This document shows, one piece after another, positions 56,347 to 64,000 of a stretch of 64,000 nucleotides of DNA. Every line of letters starts with the position of its first letter. Position 1 is the first letter of the stretch. The notes under the pieces are model-generated. The model was not told where the DNA came from. It searched no databases and was given only the letters and a program-made list of their open reading frames with translations. Source of the DNA: an uncultured Porphyromonadaceae bacterium (GTDB lineage: Bacteria; Bacteroidota; Bacteroidia; Bacteroidales; UBA12481); assembly GCA_964355105.1 (NCBI GenBank), contig CAYHCO010000006.1, forward strand, positions 34,420-98,419, read 5' to 3'. The position numbers were made by a program, and so were the translations under genes.

Positions 56347-58471
56347 AATCCATCTGCCGTTTTGCAAGATTGGTCTTGGCTATCTCGATGGTCACTTTCT
56401 GGCCGATCACAAACCTACGGCGGGTATGCACGCCAACCAGACAATAATTCTTGTCGTCGTACTCATAAAAATCGTCATCCATATCACGCATCGGAACCAT
56501 TCCTTCGCAATGGTTTTCAGTCAGTTCGACATAAAAGCCCCACTCGCTGATTCCTGATATGATGCCTTCGAATTTCTGGCCGATCTTATCCTGCAAGAAT
56601 TCCACCTGCTTGTATTTGATACTTGCCCGTTCAGCCTTGACAGCCCGCTCTTCCATGGCGCTCGACTGAATACACATTCCTTCCACTTTCTGTTGGTTTT
56701 CTGAAGGCTGGTTATCCAGATACAGGTCGAGGAGCCGGTGCACCATCAGGTCGGGATAGCGCCTGATCGGAGAGGTAAAATGGGTATAATGATCAAAGCA
56801 CAAACCGTAATGCCCGATATTCTGGGTTGAATATTTTGCTTTCGCCATGGTCCTGATAGCCAGGCTCTCAATGATATATTGCTCGTTCTTTCCCTGGATC
56901 TCGGTAAGCAGTTTGTTCATTGAATCGGCAATCGATTTGTGACTTGCCGTTTTAACGGAATATCCGAACTGATGGATAAAATTGGAGAAGTTGAGCAGCT
57001 TTTCTGTATTTGGCTTGTCGTGGATACGGTAAACGAAAGTCTTGGCACGCTGTCCCTGTCGGACCTTTCCGATGCGTTCCGCAACTTTTTTGTTAGCCAG
57101 CAGCATGAATTCCTCGATGAGCCAGTTCGACTCTTTGGCCTCCTTGAAATATACGCCGATCGGTTTTCCCTTATCATCAATATTGAATTTCACCTCTACG
57201 CGCTCGAAAGAGAACGAGCCCTGCTTGAACCGGTTCTGGCGCAGGATACTGGCCAACTTATGGAATTGCAGAATCTCGGCTGAAAGATCCCCTTCCCCGG
57301 TCTCGATGATCGACTGAGCTTCTTCATACGAAAAACGCCGGTCGGAATGGATTACGGTACGGCCAAACCACTGACCGAGAACTTCCGCCTTTTCATTCAT
57401 CTCAAAAACAGCGGCATAGCAAAGTCTGTCGACATGCGGTTTGAGTGAGCAGAGGTCGTTCGACAACCGTTCGGGCAACATCGGCACTACGCGATCGACC
57501 AGGTAAACGGATGTTCCGCGTGAAAAAGCCTCCTTATCGATCTCGGAGAAAGGCCTTACGTAATGGCTGACATCGGCAATATGCACTCCGATTTCCCAAT
57601 TTCCGTTTTCCAGCTTCCTGATCGACAGGGCATCGTCGAAATCCTTGGCGTCGCCCGGATCGATCGTGAAAGTGGTTGTATCCCTGAAATCCCTTCTTGA
57701 GGCAATATCTTTTGCAGTGATCTCGCCCGGCGCCGTTTCAGCCTCTCTGAGAACGCTTTCCGGGAACTTGTAAGGAAGCTCGAACTCAGCCAGTATAGCG
57801 TGAATCTCCGTTTCATGCAAACCGGCGACGCCCAGCACGTCAACGACCTCGCCGAACGGGTTTTTAGCGCTTGGGGGCCATTCTGTAATGCGGGCCACCA
57901 CTTTCTGGCCTTCCTGGGCTCCATTAAGATTGCGGGGATGGATAAAGATATCGTAAGGCATATCCTGGTTGTCGGGAATCAGGAAATAATATCCCGACGA
58001 CCGTTCGATGGTGCCGACAAACGTACGCTGGCGCTGCTCCAGGATCTCCACGATCTCGCCCATGAGGCGCTGACCTTCACGACGCGCATACACATACACC
58101 TTAACCTTATCGCCGTTAAGCGCCCGGTTAACGTTACGGTTGTTAATATAGATATCCTCCTTCACCTCATCGGTAATGATGTAGGCTGCACCCGAGCGGG
58201 TCATCTGAACCGTTCCTACGACATGTCCGCCGTGAACCTTAAGCTTATACTTTCCACGGTCAACTTCTATGAGTTGTCCGCTTCGCAGCAATTCTTCCAA
58301 AAGATCGGCTATAAGTTTCTTTTGCCCGGCATCGTCAAGGTTGAGCTTTGCACTGATCTGCTTGTAATTTAATGTCTGTGCGGTATTTTGATTGAAAATC
58401 CCCAAAATCTTGCTTCTAAGAATCTTTTTATTAGCTGATTGAGGGCTTTCTCTTTTATTTCTTCGTGCCAT
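56333..58471 (-). CDS. rnr: Ribonuclease R
   Basis: N-terminal HTH/CSD, TIDPGDAKDFDDALS, VHIADVS, LIEEFMLLAN, HFTSPIRRYPD, C-terminal S1. Confidence 0.98.
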   Translation of the reverse strand: MARRNKRESPQSANKKILRSKILGIFNQNTAQTLNYKQISAKLNLDDAGQKKLIADLLEELLRSGQLIEVDRGKYKLKVHGGHVVGTVQMTRSGAAYIITDEVKEDIYINNRNVNRALNGDKVKVYVYARREGQRLMGEIVEILEQRQRTFVGTIERSSGYYFLIPDNQDMPYDIFIHPRNLNGAQEGQKVVARITEWPPSAKNPFGEVVDVLGVAGLHETEIHAILAEFELPYKFPESVLREAETAPGEITAKDIASRRDFRDTTTFTIDPGDAKDFDDALSIRKLENGNWEIGVHIADVSHYVRPFSEIDKEAFSRGTSVYLVDRVVPMLPERLSNDLCSLKPHVDRLCYAAVFEMNEKAEVLGQWFGRTVIHSDRRFSYEEAQSIIETGEGDLSAEILQFHKLASILRQNRFKQGSFSFERVEVKFNIDDKGKPIGVYFKEAKESNWLIEEFMLLANKKVAERIGKVRQGQRAKTFVYRIHDKPNTEKLLNFSNFIHQFGYSVKTASHKSIADSMNKLLTEIQGKNEQYIIESLAIRTMAKAKYSTQNIGHYGLCFDHYTHFTSPIRRYPDLMVHRLLDLYLDNQPSENQQKVEGMCIQSSAMEERAVKAERASIKYKQVEFLQDKIGQKFEGIISGISEWGFYVELTENHCEGMVPMRDMDDDFYEYDDKNYCLVGVHTRRRFVIGQKVTIEIAKTNLAKRQMDFRLA

Positions 58472-58487
58472 TCTGTTTAATTTGTGA

Positions 58488-58536
58488 CAAAATTAGCCAA
58501 TTAAAAAGGGTTATTTGGCTTTTAACATTAAATTTG
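58488..58536. promoter_or_regulatory. Divergent Bacteroidota -7 elements: TAATTTTG (minus, 58488-58495, rnr) and TAAATTTG (plus, 58529-58536, sensor kinase)
   Basis: Both match TAnnTTTG. The plus-strand element implies the kinase starts at GTG 58557. Confidence 0.55.
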
Positions 58537-58556
58537 AGTTAATTAACCATCTCCCA

Positions 58557-61500
58557 GTGCGCCCCCAAGTCCTGATCTGCCTGTTACTGGCTACCGCTTT
58601 GATCCTGTCAAAACCCGAGCTACATGCGCAGGAATTGAATTACACCCGGTATACGGTTGAGTCCGGACTTAATTTGCCATCCAACGAAGTTTATCGTATC
58701 CTGTTCGACAAGAATGGGGTTTTATGGGCCTCGACTGACCACGGTGTCTGGCGATATGATGGATACTCCTCACGGCAGTTTACGGTATCTGACGGCCTTA
58801 AGGAAAACAGCAATCTCAGGATGTTCATGGATCCCGGGAACGGGATTTGGGTTTCGTCGATGAACAATTACCTCTATGGGATCATCAACGATACCGTGCA
58901 CATGAATCCAGCCAGTGAGGAGATTCATGCCCTCGGCAAATCGAGTGAATATATTCAGCATATTTACTTTAGTCCGGACAGTACTCTGTACCTAAACCAC
59001 AACTACCCCGGCTTGTTCCTGATCAAACCCGGGAAGAGTCCGGAAAAGCTAACCGGGCATTTATTGAATCACGAGGATGCCTCTCTGGCCATTCATTATG
59101 ATTCAGCTGGATTTTATTTTGACATGATCGGACTGCCGGACACTAACCCGGAAACCCCTACGTTGGTTAAATCCGAGAATGGATGGATCTACCTGAAATG
59201 CGGGGCGGCTGAGAAAAAGCACAACTACCGGAAGGAACTTTACCCAATTGGCAAGAATGAATTTATCGTGAGTTTTGTTTCTAAGGTATTTCATATAAAA
59301 GATGGAAAACTTAAAGCTGAGAAGGCCTTTAACACTGACATTACCAGTCTGTTTGTCGATAAAACCGGCAATTTTTGGGTTGGTCTCGAAAATGAAGGTG
59401 TGATGCTATTCCCGAATATGGATTTTACCAGTAACCCGATCCGCTACCTTGCGGGAGAAACGGTTTCAGGCATCCAACAGGATCATGAAGGAAGTTATTG
59501 GTTTGCCACCACTCTGAGCGGCATTTATCAGGCAAATACACTGGATCTTGAGGTTTACAACAAATCCGAAGTTGGCAATAAGGACAAGATTATTAATGCG
59601 TTGGCCTCTGATGGGGAGAATATTTATCTCGGAACGGAAACCGGAATTCTATTAAAAGGTACTGAAGAGGATAACCAAAAATTCAAGTTCCGGGAATTTA
59701 AGATCCCCAGGATCAACGGACCGATCAGAAAGATTTTTTATACTCCCGAAAAGCATCTGCTGGTATTTAACATGGATCTTCTTGAGCTCGACACGTCGGG
59801 AAAATACCGCGGAATAGGAAAAATTGCCAGCTACTCCTATGCTTACCAGCCTTTGGATGATGGGAAATGGCTGGTAAGTGCCTCGGCCAATCTGTCGTTG
59901 TTCCAGGGTGACCGGATTATTAAGAGATGGCTGCAAAAAGACATGGATACCTCCTCACCGTACGAGAAATTTGTCAAGAATGCCATGAACAGGGTACGTG
60001 CCATGAATGTTGACACCAGTAAAAGGTTATGGCTGGGATCGCAGAACTCCGGTCTGCTAAGCACTTCCGATTCGATTCTTTATCCATGGAGCCAGAGAGA
60101 TTCTCTTTTAGGCAGGAGGATCCATTGGATAAACCAGGTAGGAAAGGATATCTGGGCCAGTGTTGCAGATTACGGCTTCGCGGTAATACATCCCGACTCA
60201 TCGGTTACCAGAATAACTCAGGCAGACGGGCTTTCAAGTGACATTATCGAAACTGCCTTTGTTGAGAATGACACTATTGTTTGGGCAGGAACCAATAACG
60301 GACTTAACAAGATTACCCTTGAATCCGCTACCGGGAAGCTAAAGTCCATTACCTACTTTACTATGAGAGAAGGACTGCCATCCAATAAAATCAATCAGAT
60401 CATTAAGCATAAGAATAACATTTGGGTAGCGACCAATCAGGGGGCGATTCGTTTGAGCCCTAGCTTTAACCAAATCCCGGCAATACCTCCACAACTTAGC
60501 GTGGGACCGTTGCTGGTGAATGACAGGCCAATACTGCTTACTTCCTCCGTAACTCTGGGTCCGGATGACAATGACCTGGTTTTTTATTACAAGACCATCA
60601 CTTACCGCAAGCCGGTACGAATGCATTACCAGTACAAACTTGTCGGTGTGGATAAAGAATTCATCGTGACTGACAACCTGGAAGCACGCTACCCCGATCT
60701 CCGTCAGGGGAATTACACATTTTGCATTAACGCCTCGTACGACGGAACTTTCGACCCGTCGACGGAAAAGAAGTATACCATAATCATACAACGGCACTTT
60801 TACGAGACCAGGCTTGCCATTCTCCTGTACATCCTGCTTGGTTCCGGATTGATTTACCTGATCGTAATAAAGATCCTCCAAGCTGTCAAGACCAGGGAGA
60901 TGGAAAAACGGCAGTTGCTGCAGGCCGAGAAGAGATCACTTCTTGCCCAGATGAATCCACATTTTATTTTCAATTCATTGAATTCCATCGAGCATTTTAT
61001 TGTTCAACACGATGAAAGACAGGCTAATAATTACCTGAGCAACTTTTCCGGACTGATCAGGAGGATCCTAGACAATTCAAAGAAAAATCTCATCCCACTT
61101 CAGGAAGAGATAACCACTCTTTCTCTTTATCTTGGGATGGAAAAGCTCAGGTTTGAGAATGATTTTGAATTTCAGATTACAAAAGACGAATTGATAGAAT
61201 ACAACGAGATGATGATCCCGCCGATGATGTTGCAGCCATTCGTGGAAAATGCCATCTGGCACGGACTGCTTCCTTCGAAGAAGAAGGGCATCCTGAAAAT
61301 CTCGTTTTTAAATGAGGGCGATTACTTTAAATGCATCATAGTAGACAACGGTATTGGCAGGGAGAAAGCCTCATCATTAAAAAGCGTGAAGCGTTCCCAT
61401 GTTCCTACCGGGATACGCAATATTGAGGAGAGGATCGACCTGTTGAACAAATTGAATAAGAAAAAGATCAGATTAACGATCAATGACCTGAAGAGCACTG

Positions 61501-61559
61501 ACGGGAAAGCAACCGGAACCCTGGTTGAGATTACCATACCGGTTGAATTGAGAACATAA
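58557..61559 (+). CDS. LytS-type sensor histidine kinase with periplasmic beta-propeller (Reg_prop) and Y_Y_Y domains
   Basis: Signal peptide, GLPSN/GLSSD propeller repeats, YQYKLVG and GNYTF, TM segment, AQMNPHFIFNSLNSI, ENAIWHG, DNGIG. ORF-track start is TTG 58515. Confidence 0.92.
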   Translation: MRPQVLICLLLATALILSKPELHAQELNYTRYTVESGLNLPSNEVYRILFDKNGVLWASTDHGVWRYDGYSSRQFTVSDGLKENSNLRMFMDPGNGIWVSSMNNYLYGIINDTVHMNPASEEIHALGKSSEYIQHIYFSPDSTLYLNHNYPGLFLIKPGKSPEKLTGHLLNHEDASLAIHYDSAGFYFDMIGLPDTNPETPTLVKSENGWIYLKCGAAEKKHNYRKELYPIGKNEFIVSFVSKVFHIKDGKLKAEKAFNTDITSLFVDKTGNFWVGLENEGVMLFPNMDFTSNPIRYLAGETVSGIQQDHEGSYWFATTLSGIYQANTLDLEVYNKSEVGNKDKIINALASDGENIYLGTETGILLKGTEEDNQKFKFREFKIPRINGPIRKIFYTPEKHLLVFNMDLLELDTSGKYRGIGKIASYSYAYQPLDDGKWLVSASANLSLFQGDRIIKRWLQKDMDTSSPYEKFVKNAMNRVRAMNVDTSKRLWLGSQNSGLLSTSDSILYPWSQRDSLLGRRIHWINQVGKDIWASVADYGFAVIHPDSSVTRITQADGLSSDIIETAFVENDTIVWAGTNNGLNKITLESATGKLKSITYFTMREGLPSNKINQIIKHKNNIWVATNQGAIRLSPSFNQIPAIPPQLSVGPLLVNDRPILLTSSVTLGPDDNDLVFYYKTITYRKPVRMHYQYKLVGVDKEFIVTDNLEARYPDLRQGNYTFCINASYDGTFDPSTEKKYTIIIQRHFYETRLAILLYILLGSGLIYLIVIKILQAVKTREMEKRQLLQAEKRSLLAQMNPHFIFNSLNSIEHFIVQHDERQANNYLSNFSGLIRRILDNSKKNLIPLQEEITTLSLYLGMEKLRFENDFEFQITKDELIEYNEMMIPPMMLQPFVENAIWHGLLPSKKKGILKISFLNEGDYFKCIIVDNGIGREKASSLKSVKRSHVPTGIRNIEERIDLLNKLNKKKIRLTINDLKSTDGKATGTLVEITIPVELRT

Positions 61560-61571
61560 TTATCAAGGGAC

Positions 61572-62345
61572 ATGGAAACGAGGATAAAGACCATCATTAT
61601 CGAAGACGAGCACAAAAGCCTTCTCACATTGCAAACTTTGCTCGAACGCTATTGTCCGGAGGTTGTTGTGATTGGTACCGGTAACAGTGTTGAATCCGGA
61701 TTGCTCGTGATTCAGGAGTTGGAACCTGAATTGGTTTTCCTCGATATCGCAATGCCTGATGGAGATGCTTTCGATCTTCTCAACAGGATCGGCAAGGTTA
61801 ATTTTGAGATTATTTTTATCACCGCCTACAATGATTTTGCGCTTAAAGCTTTTGAATTCTCTGCGCTGCACTATCTGTTGAAACCTATCAATTACAGGGA
61901 ACTGGAGGATGCCGTTCATCGCTATCTCAAAATTCGCCCAGTGAACAATGTCCAACCCAGGCTGGAGATCCTCAACCGGACCCTTAAAAATCATTTCGAC
62001 AAGATCAGCCTGCCTTCCAATGATGGACTGATTATCGTTGAAATTCGTGATATTCTGCGTCTTGAAGCGGCCGGCAATTACTCAACCGTATTTCTTACTT
62101 CCGGTGAAACCATCATTGTCACCAAAACACTGAACCATTTCGAAGAGATCCTCAACGGACTGGGGTTTGTCAGAATCCACAACACTCATCTGATTAATTT
62201 AAAGTATGTTAAGAAATATCAGCGGGGTCAGGGGGGCACGGTAACGATGAATAACGGCACGTCGCTGGCTGTATCACGGACACGCAAGAATGAGTTCATT
62301 GAAGGGTTAAGGAATCTCAGCCTTACGGTCGGTTATACCAGTTAA
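61572..62345 (+). CDS. LytTR-family response regulator
   Basis: REC (IIEDE, FLDIAMP, YLLKP) plus LytTR (EAAGNYS, F.RIH..HLIN, VSR.RK). Confidence 0.95.
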   Translation: METRIKTIIIEDEHKSLLTLQTLLERYCPEVVVIGTGNSVESGLLVIQELEPELVFLDIAMPDGDAFDLLNRIGKVNFEIIFITAYNDFALKAFEFSALHYLLKPINYRELEDAVHRYLKIRPVNNVQPRLEILNRTLKNHFDKISLPSNDGLIIVEIRDILRLEAAGNYSTVFLTSGETIIVTKTLNHFEEILNGLGFVRIHNTHLINLKYVKKYQRGQGGTVTMNNGTSLAVSRTRKNEFIEGLRNLSLTVGYTS

Positions 62346-62392
62346 ACGAAAAACCCCGCAGCATATACAGTCATTCCAGCCAAATACACATT

Positions 62393-62427
62393 CCTGATTA
62401 TTTTGTTAATCAGGTAATTTACTTTTG
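62393..62427 (+). promoter_or_regulatory. Perfect inverted repeat CCTGATTA-N6-TAATCAGG followed by a -7 element TACTTTTG (62420-62427)
   Basis: Seen directly. Could be an operator or a terminator hairpin plus a promoter for a short transcript. Confidence 0.5.
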
Positions 62428-62440
62428 GTATGAACTTAAA

Positions 62441-62524
62441 ATGACAATGATATTGCTCCACACATTAAGAACTATTGAATCCCGAGGAGAGCCGCTCCAG
62501 GATTTTTTTGATTATTGCCGATAA
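62441..62524 (+). CDS. Putative 27-aa small ORF MTMILLHTLRTIESRGEPLQDFFDYCR
   Basis: ATG in an A-rich context just after a -7 element, followed by a terminator. No homology evidence. Confidence 0.3.
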   Translation: MTMILLHTLRTIESRGEPLQDFFDYCR

Positions 62525-62565
62525 GGGTCCGCCCGGATTCCTGACCCCGCACTTTGCCAACTTCC

Positions 62566-62614
62566 AAATTAGCCAGGTTACCTTCCTTCCCTTCCCCCTG
62601 GCTAATTTTTTTTT
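62566..62614 (+). terminator. Strong hairpin + T-run upstream of cysS
   Basis: AAATTAGCCAGG / CCTGGCTAATTT perfect 12-bp stem, 19-nt C/T-rich loop, then a T-tract. Confidence 0.7.
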
Positions 62615-62644
62615 ACTTTTACCCCAGCAAATTTATCCCCGATT

Positions 62645-64000
62645 ATGGCTGAGCTATTCATTTACAATACCCTTACCCGCAAGAAAGAGGTATTTGTTCC
62701 CCTTCATCCTCCGAAAGTAGGCCTATATGTATGCGGTCCAACCGTTTACGGAGATCCGCACCTTGGCCATGCAAGGCCGGCCATCACCTTCGACGTTCTT
62801 TTCCGCTACCTCCGCCATATCGGCTATCAGGTCAGATATGTACGAAACATAACCGATGTCGGCCATCTCGAAAACGATGCTGATGAAGGTCGCGACAAAA
62901 TTGCCGCAAAAGCGCAGCTGGAGCAGCTGGAACCTATGGAAGTGGTTCAGCGTTACAGCGACAATTACCATAAGAGCATGGATCAGCTGAATGTGCTGAA
63001 GCCGAGCATTGAACCTCGTGCATCGGGGCATATCCCGGAGCAGATAGAGATGGCGCAAAAAATCCTGGATGACGGTTACGCATATGTCAGTAACGGCTCA
63101 GTTTATTTTGACGTAGCCAAATACGATACAGGCAATCATTACGGCAAGCTATCCGGCCGTGTCCTCGAGGACCTGCTGGCTACCACCAGGGATCTCGAGG
63201 GTCAGGATGAAAAAAGGAATCCATTTGATTTTGCTCTTTGGAAAAAGGCCCTCCCTGAGCATATTATGCGATGGAATTCACCCTGGAGCCCCGGTTTTCC
63301 CGGATGGCACCTGGAGTGTTCCGCTATGAGCACCAAATATCTTGGCCAGGAATTCGATATCCACGGCGGGGGTATGGATCTGCTCTTTCCCCATCATGAA
63401 TGCGAGATCGCCCAGTCGAAAATTGCCAACGGCAAAGATTCAGTCCATTACTGGATGCATAATAACATGATCACCATTAATGGCCAGAAAATGGGCAAAT
63501 CACTCGGCAACGGCATCCTGCTCGACCAACTGTTTGCGGGTGATCACGCTCTGCTGGAAAAAGCATACGATCCCATGACCATCAGGTTCTTCATTCTCCA
63601 GGCACACTACCGTTCGACCCTCGATTTTTCGAATGAAGCATTACAGGCGTCCGAAAAAGGTTTAGCCCGTCTGATGAAATGCGTTGCCCTGATCCCGGCT
63701 TTGCCGGTATCAGATACTACGACAGTAAATCTGGAAGAATGGAAAGCCAACTGCTATAACGCAGTCAGCGACGATCTCAATACCCCGATCATGATCGCTC
63801 ACCTGTTTGATATGGTCAGGCTGGTTAACCTGATTGCCGAGGGCCGCGAAAAGATCACCGCTGGTGACAGGGAGGCATTGTTACTCCAATTCCGGCAATT
63901 CGCGTTTGATATCCTCGGTCTTCGGGAAGAGAACGAATCGGGCGCTGATTCAGCTGTTCTGCCCAAGGTGATGGACATGATCCTTAACATGCGTCAGGAA
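62645..64000 (+). CDS. cysS: Cysteine--tRNA ligase (3'-truncated by window edge; absent from ORF track)
   Basis: Manual translation: [15 protein letters not shown]...[17 protein letters not shown]...NITDVGH...DFALWKKA...[12 protein letters not shown]...[14 protein letters not shown]...KMGKS. Confidence 0.97.
   Translation, partial: MAELFIYNTLTRKKEVFVPLHPPKVGLYVCGPTVYGDPHLGHARPAITFDVLFRYLRHIGYQVRYVRNITDVGHLENDADEGRDKIAAKAQLEQLEPMEVVQRYSDNYHKSMDQLNVLKPSIEPRASGHIPEQIEMAQKILDDGYAYVSNGSVYFDVAKYDTGNHYGKLSGRVLEDLLATTRDLEGQDEKRNPFDFALWKKALPEHIMRWNSPWSPGFPGWHLECSAMSTKYLGQEFDIHGGGMDLLFPHHECEIAQSKIANGKDSVHYWMHNNMITINGQKMGKSLGNGILLDQLFAGDHALLEKAYDPMTIRFFILQAHYRSTLDFSNEALQASEKGLARLMKCVALIPALPVSDTTTVNLEEWKANCYNAVSDDLNTPIMIAHLFDMVRLVNLIAEGREKITAGDREALLLQFRQFAFDILGLREENESGADSAVLPKVMDMILNMRQE

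Noticed and set aside
62525..62614. T-box riboswitch upstream of cysS
   Set aside because: The closest match, AGGTTACC, does not fit the GGTGGNACC T-box consensus, and no stem I/specifier features were recognised.
62475..63990. ORF-track calls 62475-62720 (+), 62723-63058 (-) and 63799-63990 (-)
   Set aside because: They overlap cysS, which starts at 62645 and runs off the window, or they span its upstream terminator.

Overview
Gene-dense, almost entirely core-genome window from a Bacteroidota chromosome. Evidence: T9SS/gliding genes porX, sprE/porW, gldH and porP-gldKLMN; Bacteroidota-type TAnnTTTG -7 promoter elements; and the conserved holB-ricT-gldH and panD-panC/glgA-like-DUF4270-glmS neighbourhoods. 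It holds about 51 protein-coding genes. A large outer-membrane protein gene is cut off at the left edge and cysS at the right edge (cysS is missing from the ORF track). No rRNA, tRNA, CRISPR array, transposase, integrase or phage gene was seen. I did not find a clearly new multi-gene system. The best leads are: (i) a hemerythrin-fold protein whose iron ligands are mostly replaced by Tyr; (ii) a small structured transcription unit with a 27-codon ORF between a LytS/LytTR pair and cysS; (iii) two inverted 7-bp-period repeat cassettes and a dispersed REP-like palindrome family, one copy of which supplies a gene's stop codon; (iv) several intact enzyme homologues lacking catalytic or ligand residues (AlaDH-like, arginase-like next to the T9SS motor operon, half glycogen synthase next to glmS, Cys-less Mrp). 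All family calls come from motif recognition by eye, not from database searches.
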